Below are positions 7,900 through 16,772 of a DNA stretch of 42,349 nucleotides, one piece after another (positions within the stretch are counted from its first letter, which is position 1; every line of letters begins with the position of its first letter). The position numbers were made by a program, and so were the translations under genes. The stretch lies in UHGV virus genome UHGV-1359500. The stretch is one strand, 5' to 3'. The notes under the pieces are model-generated. The model was not told the DNA's origin. It saw only the letters and a list, made by a program, of their open reading frames with translations, and ran no database searches. This DNA comes from a virus.

Positions 7900-7945
7900 A
7901 TATCTAATAAAATAGGTGACCTGGTTATTAGCAGCGGGCTGTCAT
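7900..7945 (-). terminator. Rho-independent terminator for the zinc-ribbon gene (stem CCTGGTTAT/ATAACCAGG, then a T-run on the minus strand)
   Basis: 9-bp perfect stem followed on the minus strand by CTATTTTATT. Confidence 0.5.
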
Positions 7946-8000
7946 ATAACCAGGCGAAAAAAGTTTTTGATATTACTTTAGAAGCATTAAATGATGTTCC

Positions 8001-8264
8001 CTATTCTTTAAGTCCTTGTATCGATGAATAGTGTTGTACTTCAAAAGAAAAACCTGTTTGCGGATAAATGAGTTCATCATCGTCGGAATAGCTTTCTGGG
8101 ACAAGACTAAGTTCTCTTATTCCGTTTAATATATGTGCAGAATATTCGGGTTTAACTTCGGAAGTGCAATTAGGACAAATAATTTTAGTGCAATTGATTG
8201 ATTCAGGTCGAAGTTCAAATTTGCACATGCACTTATGACATTTTATTTTGATTTTGAAATCCAT
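8001..8264 (-). CDS. Small zinc-ribbon protein (CxxC...CxxC)
   Basis: Start at the internal ATG (8264) with AGGAAGGAG upstream. Cys motif KCHKCMC...CPNC. Confidence 0.6.
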   Translation of the reverse strand: MDFKIKIKCHKCMCKFELRPESINCTKIICPNCTSEVKPEYSAHILNGIRELSLVPESYSDDDELIYPQTGFSFEVQHYSSIQGLKE

Positions 8265-8364
8265 GGGTAATTTCTCCTTCCTTTTGTACTCGGCGCTGCA
8301 ACGCTTGTATGGAAAGTATATCACTAGGGAGATAAGGAAAACAAGTATATTAACGGTTCTCATT

Positions 8365-8394
8365 TACCCATTGAGAAGCTGTTGGAGTAGGAGG
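8365..8394. repeat. 30-bp direct repeat copy 2; supplies the SD for the downstream Xis-like gene
   Basis: Exact copy of 7808-7837. Confidence 0.7.
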
Positions 8395-8401
8395 TGTTTA
8401 C

Positions 8402-8608
8402 ATGGAAAAACGATATCTTTCACCAGAAGATGCAGCTCCGTTTCTGGGACTGTCGGCAGCGGCCGTAAGAAAGTACATGCGTAATGGAAGCATGGATCTG
8501 GGAATGGTTTTAAGTCCTCAAAAGACGGGGACTAAGACCTGGCGGTACAAGATCTATCCGGAGAAGTTAAAGCAGATTACCGGATCCAGTGTGCCAGGAT
8601 ATGAATAG
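8402..8608 (+). CDS. Excisionase-like / MerR-type HTH DNA-binding protein
   Basis: HTH region LSPEDAAPFLGLSAAAVRKYMRNG. First gene of the plus-strand early operon. Confidence 0.55.
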   Translation: MEKRYLSPEDAAPFLGLSAAAVRKYMRNGSMDLGMVLSPQKTGTKTWRYKIYPEKLKQITGSSVPGYE

Positions 8609-8631
8609 AGCTTGGAAAGGAGAGAGAAGTA

Positions 8632-8817
8632 ATGGCAAAGATCAAGAACTATGACGGCCAGACCGGCATGGAGCTGTCCTATGTGGCAGTACAGGCAACC
8701 AGACCTAAGAAGAAAGCTGTGGACTGGGTAGGTATCACAGAGACATTTATAGCCGGTGGCATGTGGGTGATAGTCTTCATGATGCTTGGAGCTGCGCTTG
8801 CGGTCCAGGTGCTGTGA
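8632..8817 (+). CDS. Small membrane protein (61 aa)
   Basis: C-terminal TM segment; RBS GGAGAG. Confidence 0.45.
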   Translation: MAKIKNYDGQTGMELSYVAVQATRPKKKAVDWVGITETFIAGGMWVIVFMMLGAALAVQVL

Positions 8818-9026
8818 TGGCTGTGCGGAATGACCAGTGCGGTACCTGCATAAAGAAGAACCGGTGTATGGAGAGAAGCCGCTTACAGGCATGCAGAGGC
8901 TACATAAAAAAGGACCCAGGCAGCGGCAACTGCGGAAGGTCCGGTAACAAAAAAATTGTACACCCTCATTATACGGAGGGAGAAGGAGAAATGCAAGATG
9001 GTAAAAGCGAAGTTTGTAGTAGATAA
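8817..9026 (+). CDS. Small Cys-rich protein (69 aa)
   Basis: ATGA start/stop overlap with the upstream gene. Contains a CGTC motif among other cysteines. Confidence 0.4.
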   Translation: MAVRNDQCGTCIKKNRCMERSRLQACRGYIKKDPGSGNCGRSGNKKIVHPHYTEGEGEMQDGKSEVCSR

Positions 9027-9300
9027 CAGGGAAGCAGGAGAGACCGAGGACTGTGGTCTGATTGTAGCGATCGGTTTGGGAGAGATGAAAGAAGAGAACC
9101 AGTTTCAGTTAGCCGTAGTCGGCGGTAAAGGGTTAAGGGGTTCTATGATGGTACAAGGCTTAGCAGATGGCATAGCAGAAGCAATCAGCCGCATGACTGA
9201 TAATGATATGCAGGCAATCGCAATGCTGACAGCATTTATAGAAGAGACCGAGAGACGCTGCAAGAAAAAGATGTTGGAAAGGCTTACGAATGGTAACTAA
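8998..9300 (+). CDS. Hypothetical early protein (~100 aa)
   Basis: ATG at 8998 with GGAGAAGGAGAAA upstream. Confidence 0.5.
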   Translation: MVKAKFVVDNREAGETEDCGLIVAIGLGEMKEENQFQLAVVGGKGLRGSMMVQGLADGIAEAISRMTDNDMQAIAMLTAFIEETERRCKKKMLERLTNGN

Positions 9301-9943
9301 AAAGCTGTTTAATAGCCGGGAAGAGTGGCTGCAGGGGAGAAAGAACCACATAGGCGGTTCGGATGCGGCTGCCTGTGTGGGACTAAATCCTTATAAGGAT
9401 AACGTGCAACTCTGGGAAGAAAAGGTAGGACTGGTGCTTCCGGAAGACATTTCTGATAAGGATTATGTCCAGTATGGAACCGAAGCAGAGAAGTATCTTA
9501 GAGCATTGTTTATCCTGGATCATCCGGAATATAAAGTTTCCTATGATGAAAATAACATGTTCATCAATTCAAAATATCCCTGGATGCACGCTTCTCTGGA
9601 CGGAGAACTTCTGGACAGTACCGGACGACATGGGATCCTGGAGATCAAAACATCCAATATCCTGCGGTCTTCCCAGTGGGAGAAATGGAGAAAAGGGATC
9701 CCGGATAACTATTACTGCCAAGTCCTTCATTATCTGGCGGTAACAGAATATGACTTTGTAGTATTAAAAGCCCAGCTGAAGAGCTGGTATGGAGAAGAAA
9801 TGCGCCTTGAAACGATAGAACGATTTATAGAGCGCGAAGAGGTGGAAGATGATATCTGTTTTCTGGTAGATGCAGAACGCAGGCTTTGGAACTGTGTAGT
9901 TACAGGGACAAGCCCAAACAGAGTCCTTCCACCATTACAGTAA
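9290..9943 (+). CDS. YqaJ-like phage exonuclease (PD-(D/E)XK, lambda Exo-like)
   Basis: HIGGSDAAACVGLNPY...LWEEKVG...ASLDG...LEIKT pattern. Located upstream of RecT. Confidence 0.8.
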   Translation: MVTKKLFNSREEWLQGRKNHIGGSDAAACVGLNPYKDNVQLWEEKVGLVLPEDISDKDYVQYGTEAEKYLRALFILDHPEYKVSYDENNMFINSKYPWMHASLDGELLDSTGRHGILEIKTSNILRSSQWEKWRKGIPDNYYCQVLHYLAVTEYDFVVLKAQLKSWYGEEMRLETIERFIEREEVEDDICFLVDAERRLWNCVVTGTSPNRVLPPLQ

Positions 9944-9957
9944 AAAGGAGAACAGAC

Positions 9958-10854
9958 ATGTTGGAATTGAAAGTTTATAACCCGGAAGACAGCTTCTTAA
10001 AGCGGATCGAGTGGAATTATGAAGAACTTAAAAGCTATATAGAGCCTATTTCTGCGGAATATGCAGCATCTGTTTATACAGATGACATGATCAAAAAGGC
10101 TAAAGAAGACAGAATAAAGTTAAATAAGTTTAAAGATGCGTTGGAAGCAGAGAAATCCAGAGTACGCAAAAAGGTTATGGAGCCTTATGAGACCTTCCGT
10201 TTAGAAGTTGATGATCTTACAGCAATTATCAAAAAAGCGATCGATAACATTGACGGCCAGGTCAAAGGCTATGAAGAGCGCCTGCGTGAGGAAAAGACAA
10301 CCAAGGTCAGAGAGTTCTATGAGGATAACATCCATGACATTGGCAAGTATCTTCCGTTTGAACGTGTGATGCAGCCCAAATATGCCCTTGCTTCCACTAC
10401 TATGAAATCCATTAAGGAAGAGATCCTGGCGTTGATCCAGAAGGTAGATGAGGGACTGGCTATCTTAAATGAAGTGGACAGCCCTTATGCCGGTGATATG
10501 AAGAAAGTCTTTTTAGAGACTTATGATATCGGCGCCGCCATGGCAAAAAGAAACCAGTTAGAGGCAGAGGAGCAGAACCGCAGGCTTTACCAGGAAGAAC
10601 TGGCAAGAAGAAAGGCAGAGCAGGAAGCACAGAGAAAAGCTGCAGCTGAGAGGGTAATGGCAGCTGGAAGGCAGGAGGCGGTGCAGGCAGCTCCAGCAGA
10701 ACCGGTTAAGACAGAAGACCCGAAGATGGAGACCGTGGAAGAGCCGGTCAATGTGATCGATTTCCGGGTCTATGCCACCAGGGAGCAGCTGATGAAGTTA
10801 AAAGGATTCTTAAAAGAGAACGGCATCCGGTTTGAGCCGGTACCGAAACAGTAA
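9958..10854 (+). CDS. DUF1351-like phage protein (coiled-coil); commonly found between exonuclease and RecT
   Basis: ATG 9958 with AAGGAG upstream. Ala/Glu-rich coiled-coil C-terminus. Call rests on synteny. Confidence 0.55.
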   Translation: MLELKVYNPEDSFLKRIEWNYEELKSYIEPISAEYAASVYTDDMIKKAKEDRIKLNKFKDALEAEKSRVRKKVMEPYETFRLEVDDLTAIIKKAIDNIDGQVKGYEERLREEKTTKVREFYEDNIHDIGKYLPFERVMQPKYALASTTMKSIKEEILALIQKVDEGLAILNEVDSPYAGDMKKVFLETYDIGAAMAKRNQLEAEEQNRRLYQEELARRKAEQEAQRKAAAERVMAAGRQEAVQAAPAEPVKTEDPKMETVEEPVNVIDFRVYATREQLMKLKGFLKENGIRFEPVPKQ

Positions 10855-10869
10855 GAGGAGGACATAGAA

Positions 10870-11619
10870 ATGGCAGTAGCAAACAAATTAGTAAATAAGC
10901 CGGTACAGAAGGTAGAAACTACAAAGTACATGGCAAACGGTATGCAGGTAACACTTACACCTGGAACAGTAAAGAATTATCTGATCAGCGGGGATAAGGA
11001 CAGGGTATCTGATCAGGAAGTTGCGATGTTTATCAACCTGTGCCGCTTTACCGGTCTTAATCCATGGCTTCGTGAAGCGTACTGCATTAAGTACGGAAAT
11101 GAACCGGCAACTCTGGTAGTTGGAAAGGACGCATATTTCAAGAGGGCAGAAGCACATGCAAGTTATGACGGTATGGAAGCGGGTATCATTATCCAGAACG
11201 AAGAAACCGGAGAGATCAGTTACAGACAGGGAACGTTGAAGCTTTCTGGTGAAATATTAGTGGGAGGCTATGCAGAAGTATTCCGCAAAGACAGAAGTCA
11301 CAGTTTCCGCATGGAGGTTTCTTTTGATGAGTATGCAGGTAAGAAGAAAGACGGAAGCCTTAATTCGCAGTGGTCCAAGAAGCCTGCAACCATGATCCGG
11401 AAAGTTGCAGCAGTGCAGGCATTAAGGGAAGCCTTTCCACAGTCGTTTGCAGGCATGTATGTAGCAGAAGAAATGGGAACGGCAGAACCGGAATATGCTG
11501 CAGGAGATGTGATTGATCCGCAGACACAGCCGGTTATTGACCAAACAACGGATGCACAGCAGCCTGTTTCTTCAACACCACAGGTGCAGACGGATGCAGC
11601 GGATGATTTCTTCAGCTAA
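10870..11619 (+). CDS. recT: RecT-family ssDNA-annealing recombinase
   Basis: Contains PATMIRKVAAVQALREAFPQ and other RecT-like motifs. Confidence 0.85.
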   Translation: MAVANKLVNKPVQKVETTKYMANGMQVTLTPGTVKNYLISGDKDRVSDQEVAMFINLCRFTGLNPWLREAYCIKYGNEPATLVVGKDAYFKRAEAHASYDGMEAGIIIQNEETGEISYRQGTLKLSGEILVGGYAEVFRKDRSHSFRMEVSFDEYAGKKKDGSLNSQWSKKPATMIRKVAAVQALREAFPQSFAGMYVAEEMGTAEPEYAAGDVIDPQTQPVIDQTTDAQQPVSSTPQVQTDAADDFFS

Positions 11620-11649
11620 ATAGGTGAAATGAAAGGAGGTGATCAAGGC

Positions 11650-12072
11650 ATGGCGATAACATTTGACAGCATTGGAAATGGAGACCTGGCAGAAAAATTC
11701 AAGATTGCCCTGCAGCAGGTAGGGAAAAATATCATGAATCCCAACATGGATCCGGATGCAGCCAGAGAGATAACGGTCAATATCAAGTTTAAACCGGTAG
11801 GCCAGGGAACTCTTAACATAGACTACAATGTTAAACCGAAACTGGCCGGATTTAAAAAGGCAAAAACCGTGTTCCTGGTTGGACAGGATGTCCGAACAGG
11901 GCGTGTTGATATGTCCGAACCGGGAAGCAGACTTCCCCAGGTTGCTCCGGTACAGGAGATCCCACCGGCTGCATACGAGGATGTGACTGCAGGAAGAAGC
12001 GTGGATCCGGAAACCGGTGAGATATTTGAAGAGAAAAAAGGCCCTATTGATTTAAGAAGGATGCAGGCATGA
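11650..12072 (+). CDS. Hypothetical phage protein
   Basis: ORF with GGAGGTGA upstream. Confidence 0.5.
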   Translation: MAITFDSIGNGDLAEKFKIALQQVGKNIMNPNMDPDAAREITVNIKFKPVGQGTLNIDYNVKPKLAGFKKAKTVFLVGQDVRTGRVDMSEPGSRLPQVAPVQEIPPAAYEDVTAGRSVDPETGEIFEEKKGPIDLRRMQA

Positions 12073-12090
12073 GCCTGAGAAGGAGAAGAA

Positions 12091-12843
12091 ATGTTAGAAG
12101 GATTAAAAGGTACACTGGAGCATGTGGAAGAACTTGCCAGGGAAAATGCAAAAGCAGAAATAGTGGAGATCTGTGGCCATACATATGCCAACAAGACCTT
12201 GAAGAGATATGATACAGAAAATTATGCGGAACCGGTAAAGGCTGCCACCCTTTCAGCGCTGGCAGATTATATCGTAAACTGCAGGGATGAATTTACGAAG
12301 GGAGGAAAGATGATCATCCATGTGGTCAGCCCTACCAGAGTGAGACTGATGTCGGTTCTTGATGCGGAACGTAAGAGAGAAGTTTTATTTGAAGCGGAAG
12401 CACAGACTTCGGAGTTCCGTTTTAACCAGTGGTATGACCAGGAAACTTTTATGATCTGCCTGCAGGCCAATTTTGTCCCCACACCTGATCTGGATGCTGT
12501 GATCCGCCTTTCAGGAAACATTGAAAGAAAGAATGAGCAGACATATTCCGATGATGGACGTACCCAGGTGGCTACCATGACGGTAGGTGTGGCAAGTAAG
12601 GCAGATGCCATCGTACCGAATCCGGTCTCACTGGCACCTTACCGTACATTCCAGGAGATCGAACAGCCTGTCAGCCAGTTTGTATTCCGCATCGGTGACA
12701 AAGAAGTTCCGGCCTTTAAGCTGGTAGAGGCAGAGGGCGGACTTTGGAAGACAGAAGCTGTAAGGAAGATCAAGGATTATTTTGAACTTGTCCTGGCAGA
12801 ACAGGATATGGAACTCAGAAACCGCATTACTATCATCGGATAA
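12091..12843 (+). CDS. Hypothetical phage protein (250 aa)
   Basis: ORF with AAGGAG upstream; no family recognised. Confidence 0.55.
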   Translation: MLEGLKGTLEHVEELARENAKAEIVEICGHTYANKTLKRYDTENYAEPVKAATLSALADYIVNCRDEFTKGGKMIIHVVSPTRVRLMSVLDAERKREVLFEAEAQTSEFRFNQWYDQETFMICLQANFVPTPDLDAVIRLSGNIERKNEQTYSDDGRTQVATMTVGVASKADAIVPNPVSLAPYRTFQEIEQPVSQFVFRIGDKEVPAFKLVEAEGGLWKTEAVRKIKDYFELVLAEQDMELRNRITIIG

Positions 12844-12930
12844 TCCGTTGTATTTGAAAAAGCTTGTTTTATTACCTTGAAGGTCAGTTTTATATGTCAC
12901 GATATTAAATGACCAGAGGTGTTGTACCTG

Positions 12931-12976
12931 AAGGGGCGGACCATGAACTCAATTCGCTGACCGCCGCCCCTTTTTA
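12931..12976 (+). terminator. Strong rho-independent terminator (GGGGCGG...CCGCCCC + TTTTT)
   Basis: GC-rich 7-9 bp stem, then T5. Confidence 0.65.
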
Positions 12977-12983
12977 AAGAAAG

Positions 12984-13370
12984 ATGAGGATCGTTATGGG
13001 AAAATCACAACGGGAAAAAGGAAAGCGTGGAGAAAGAGAACTGGCCGGAAAGTTAAGAGACCATGGCTATGACTGCCGGAGAGGGCAGCAGTTCTGCGGT
13101 ACCAGCGGTGATGCGGATGTGATCGGTCTCCCAGGCATCCATATAGAATGTAAGAGAGTGGAACGGCTCAACCTCCAGGAAGCCATGGAACAGTCCAAAA
13201 GGGATGCCAGGACCGGAGAGAAGCCGTGTGTATTCCACCGCAGGGACCGGTCAGAATGGCTGGTCACTATGAGATTAGAAGACTGGATCCAGCTCTTCAG
13301 GGAATGGGAAGCTGGACAGCAGATAATGGAAGGAAAGGAAAATGCCAAGACAGCAGAAGCCAGGTCTTAG
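12984..13370 (+). CDS. Hjc/PD-(D/E)XK-type Holliday-junction resolvase-like endonuclease
   Basis: GKRGERELAGKL...GDADVIGLPGIHIECKRVE motif arrangement typical of archaeal-type Hjc resolvases. Confidence 0.55.
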   Translation: MRIVMGKSQREKGKRGERELAGKLRDHGYDCRRGQQFCGTSGDADVIGLPGIHIECKRVERLNLQEAMEQSKRDARTGEKPCVFHRRDRSEWLVTMRLEDWIQLFREWEAGQQIMEGKENAKTAEARS

Positions 13371-14262
13371 TTACTTTCCTCTTGATGTCGATTTTTTCAC
13401 GGATAATAAGATCCGGATCCTGCGCGCCAGGTTTGGCAATAACGGGATCGCGGTATATATCTATTTACTCTGCGAGATCTACAAAAAAGGCTACTACATG
13501 GAATGGAACGATGATTTTAAGTTCATCCTGGCAGCAGACCTGAATCTCTCAGATGGGTTCATAGAGCAGGTGTTGACATTCTTGCTTGAACGGTCACTAC
13601 TGGACAGCACACTTTTCAAGTCGGACACTATCCTCACCTCACCCGGAATACAGAAACGGTATCAGCTGGCAGTTAAGGAACGCGCCAAAAAGACACCGGT
13701 GGTAATAAAGGGTTTCTGGCTTTTGGAAGCGGATGAAACGGAACCCTTTATTAAAGTGAACCCTTCTTTTCATTCTTCCCGGAAAAATGAGGATAATTCC
13801 TGGAAGAATAACGATAATTCCCGGAAAAATGACATAAAGAAAAGTAAAGAAAAGAAAAGTAAAGAAAAAGAAATAAAAGTAAATAAAGAGAGTGGCGTTG
13901 CAGCAGAAGCAGCAACCATGTTTACTCCGGATTCTTTTGAGATGATCTGTGTAAATACCCTGATCCATTCCTGTCTGGAAGGATTCCCAGGATCCAGAGT
14001 TCCGGTAACGGATGAAGAAAAATCCCAGTGGTGTGTCCACATTGAAAGGATGCTCCGTATTGACCATAGGACACCAGAACAGATCCGTGCAGCATTAGAG
14101 TATGCAGTTACCAACCAGTTCTGGAAAGCGAATATCCGGAGTACCAAGAAGTTTCGGGAAAAGTTTGAAACTCTTTATATGCAGTCGCAGTCAGGAAGGA
14201 CAGCGGCAAGATCAGTTGATGATAAGGCAGAACGGCTCAGGAGGTGGGCGGAGAATGGATAA
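13342..14262 (+). CDS. Phage replisome organiser / replication initiator (DUF4373, Lin1244-like N-terminal domain)
   Basis: N-terminal YFPLDVDFFTDNKIRILRARFGNNGIAVYIYLLCEIYKKGYY. Lys-rich linker encoded by an iteron/A-rich DNA region. Confidence 0.8.
   Translation: MPRQQKPGLSYFPLDVDFFTDNKIRILRARFGNNGIAVYIYLLCEIYKKGYYMEWNDDFKFILAADLNLSDGFIEQVLTFLLERSLLDSTLFKSDTILTSPGIQKRYQLAVKERAKKTPVVIKGFWLLEADETEPFIKVNPSFHSSRKNEDNSWKNNDNSRKNDIKKSKEKKSKEKEIKVNKESGVAAEAATMFTPDSFEMICVNTLIHSCLEGFPGSRVPVTDEEKSQWCVHIERMLRIDHRTPEQIRAALEYAVTNQFWKANIRSTKKFREKFETLYMQSQSGRTAARSVDDKAERLRRWAENG
13776..13895. repeat. Putative origin of replication inside the replisome-organiser gene: 3 iterons TTCCYGGAARAAT at 21-bp spacing (13776, 13797, 13818), then an A-rich tract (13834-13895)
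   Basis: 15-bp exact repeat TTCCCGGAAAAATGA at 13776 and 13818, and GATAATTCCYGGAA at 13792 and 13814. Followed by AAAGAAAAGTAAAG reiterations. Confidence 0.55.
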
Positions 14263-14842
14263 AAGGGAGTTTGCAACACTGGCAGCTACTATGGAAGAGT
14301 ATTATGGCAGGAACCAGATCACAAAGAGCGCGGCATCTATGGATATCTGGTATGAACTGATCGGGGATATTCCCTATGAGCAGTGCAAGAACGCAGTAAG
14401 GCAGTTGATGGCTACGAGTAATTTCTTCCCTTCGGCAGCTGAGATCCGCAGGCTTTGTACCCAGATGGAGTATCCGGAAGTCTTAAGTACAGATGATGCC
14501 TGGGGAATGGTTTTGAAAGCAGTAAGGGCTTATGGGTACATGCAGGAAACAGCAGCCCTGGAAAGCCTGCCGGAACCATGCAGGACAGTGGTAAAGAACA
14601 TTGGATGGCAGAATATCTGCAGAAGTGAAAACATCATGGCAGAGCGTGCGTTCTTCCGTGACTCATATGGTCCTAAGATCCAGGAGATGAAGCGAGTAGA
14701 AGCGCTTCCGCCTGGGATCCGGCAGGAGAACAGACAGAGATTAGATGATAAGATCAGGATGGCAGCGGACAGGCTGCAGTTAGGTGGCGGTACAGATGGA
14801 GAAGAGGGAAGAAATGCAGGCGGCAGAACTGGCAAGGCATAG
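14255..14842 (+). CDS. Hypothetical replication-module protein (no Walker A)
   Basis: ATG 14255, overlapping the organiser stop. Call rests on synteny. Confidence 0.5.
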   Translation: MDKREFATLAATMEEYYGRNQITKSAASMDIWYELIGDIPYEQCKNAVRQLMATSNFFPSAAEIRRLCTQMEYPEVLSTDDAWGMVLKAVRAYGYMQETAALESLPEPCRTVVKNIGWQNICRSENIMAERAFFRDSYGPKIQEMKRVEALPPGIRQENRQRLDDKIRMAADRLQLGGGTDGEEGRNAGGRTGKA

Positions 14843-15062
14843 AGTGGACTATGGAGCCGGCGGGTATTATGCAAAGATCATGGACAAGGAGCAGATCATA
14901 GCCAGGAGAGCCTATATGAGGAGCATCTTACGTGTGAGCTTCTTCTGGTGCACGATGAGTAACGCACAGTTGGATAATATGAGGCTGTGCAAGGCAGGAG
15001 ATGACTTTATCGTGGAAGATACGGATAACCGGGAGTTTATCCTGCGGATCGACCGCAGATAG
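14814..15062 (+). CDS. Hypothetical small protein
   Basis: ATG 14814 with GGAG..GAGGGAAG upstream. Confidence 0.35.
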   Translation: MQAAELARHRVDYGAGGYYAKIMDKEQIIARRAYMRSILRVSFFWCTMSNAQLDNMRLCKAGDDFIVEDTDNREFILRIDRR

Positions 15063-15078
15063 AAAGGGGGAAAGGAAA

Positions 15079-16389
15079 ATGGAAGAGAATGTAACAGTCC
15101 CGGAAACTCCGGAAGTGGTAAAACATACAGACGCGGAGTGGTACCGGGATGTATCCCTGGAAGATGCAGAGGTATTTATCCGGTCCAACCTGCAGTCAGC
15201 CGTACGCAGTGTGATCGCAACGGGATTTTACCTGAAGCATATCAGGGACAATGAACTGTACCTGGAAGCAGGATATAAGAACATCAATGAGTATGCCATG
15301 GACAGGTTTGGTCTCAGTGCCTCTGCCACATCCAGATACATTACCAGGAACACAAGGTTTTCCAGGGGCGGTAACAGTCCGCTCATAGATGATAGGTTTA
15401 AGGACTTCAGCAAGAGTCAGCTTCAGGAGATGCTTGGCATGAGTGATGAGCAGCTGGAGCAGATCACACCGGATATGACCGTCCGGGAAATCCGGAGCAT
15501 GGCAAGACCGAAGGAAATACCTTACATAGAGATACCAGGGCAGACAGAGTTAAAAGATATACCTGGTGTTATGCCGGAAGAGAGGACGGAAAGCTTTGAA
15601 ACATCAACTGCGGATCTGTTTGGTATGGAAGAGGATGAGCCCAAAGCTGTTGAAAGTGTGGCTCAGCCGGCAGTAGGTAAGCCGATCAGTCAGGAAATAT
15701 CGATTACGGAGCTGGTGGAAGAGGAAGATGCGGAGATTGCGACATCGCAAATACTTCCGGAAGAAATTGCTACCAGTGAGCAACCAGAGAAGCATTACCC
15801 GGAAAACCTTGCAGAATGGGTTGAATATGAAGAGAAAATCGATGAAAGTTATAATTTCGGAGATCTTCCGGCTGCAAAAGAAGCTTTACTGAAACGTTTA
15901 GCAATGTTGCTTGTAAAACGAAGATTTACATATTTGTTTGGTGATGCTGAACGCATATCAGTAGAAAATGTAAGACGAAATCTGATAGAAGTTCAGAAAA
16001 CGGAGGCTCTGGATCTTGGAGAAGAAATAGAGGCAGCAGCTTGCGCAGGGCTCATTGAGTTTTATCGAGATACAGAAGATCTTGGTATATGCACTTATGA
16101 GCGGTTTACAACTCAGGTTAAGAAATGCATGGATAAAGAGATTGAAAAGAGAATTGCCAGTGCAGATGATGCTGACAAGGATTGGGAAAAGGCAGAGGAG
16201 AACAGCTTGCAGCCTATAGAGTATGACCTTCCAACCCTGAAAAACATGATCCAAAGCGATGAGGAAGCATTGGAGCAGATGCGGGATTATTGGATCCGAG
16301 ATCAGCCATACACATATGCCAAGTATTTTATGCGCATCCAGGCGCTTAAGTTACTAATGCAGACGCATGAACAGCAGGAGAGTTTATAG
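15079..16389 (+). CDS. ParB-HTH-like DNA-binding protein with long acidic C-terminal region (437 aa)
   Basis: The segment YKNINEYAMDRFGLSASATSRYI resembles the ParB/KorB HTH. The gene contains an internal copy of the TTGCGACATCGCAA palindrome (15737-15750). Confidence 0.45.
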   Translation: MEENVTVPETPEVVKHTDAEWYRDVSLEDAEVFIRSNLQSAVRSVIATGFYLKHIRDNELYLEAGYKNINEYAMDRFGLSASATSRYITRNTRFSRGGNSPLIDDRFKDFSKSQLQEMLGMSDEQLEQITPDMTVREIRSMARPKEIPYIEIPGQTELKDIPGVMPEERTESFETSTADLFGMEEDEPKAVESVAQPAVGKPISQEISITELVEEEDAEIATSQILPEEIATSEQPEKHYPENLAEWVEYEEKIDESYNFGDLPAAKEALLKRLAMLLVKRRFTYLFGDAERISVENVRRNLIEVQKTEALDLGEEIEAAACAGLIEFYRDTEDLGICTYERFTTQVKKCMDKEIEKRIASADDADKDWEKAEENSLQPIEYDLPTLKNMIQSDEEALEQMRDYWIRDQPYTYAKYFMRIQALKLLMQTHEQQESL

Positions 16390-16403
16390 AAAAGGGAAAG
16401 CTA

Positions 16404-16559
16404 ATGGATAAGATTGTAAAAACATTATATGCATGGATAATGCTTGCTTTAATTTGGATGGGACTAGAATTGTTGCTATATGGCGAGGTTCAGCATAGAA
16501 CAGTGGACGATATTATGTGGTTTCTGTTTTTACCGTTCATTTATATGGCGGTAAATTAA
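16404..16559 (+). CDS. Small membrane protein (51 aa)
   Basis: Two hydrophobic segments; weak RBS. Confidence 0.3.
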   Translation: MDKIVKTLYAWIMLALIWMGLELLLYGEVQHRTVDDIMWFLFLPFIYMAVN

Positions 16560-16574
16560 GATTTGGAGGATAAA

Positions 16575-16772
16575 ATGACACAAGAAGAAAAATATAAACT
16601 GGCATTATTTGCGGTAATTCGTAATAGTTCAGTAATGCCGCAGGGCATCAAACTCGGAAAAACTATGCACGAAATAAACACAATGACCATTGCAGTAATG
16701 GCAAATATTATGGAGTCATGTGATTTTGAAAAGTTGAAAGCAGCATATGAAGCTGGGAAAAACTGGAATTGA
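16575..16772 (+). CDS. Hypothetical small protein
   Basis: ATG 16575 with GGAGGA upstream. Confidence 0.45.
   Translation: MTQEEKYKLALFAVIRNSSVMPQGIKLGKTMHEINTMTIAVMANIMESCDFEKLKAAYEAGKNWN

Noticed and set aside
8265-8363. N-terminal extension of the zinc-ribbon ORF (MRTVNILVFLIS...)
   Set aside because: The internal ATG at 8264 has a strong AGGAAGGAG RBS and the extension is hydrophobic junk. Its putative start abuts the repeat.
13639-14147. Minus-strand ORFs (142 and 125 aa) with Phe-rich low-complexity products
   Set aside because: They are the antisense of the A-rich iteron/ori region inside the replisome-organiser gene, so a compositional artefact.
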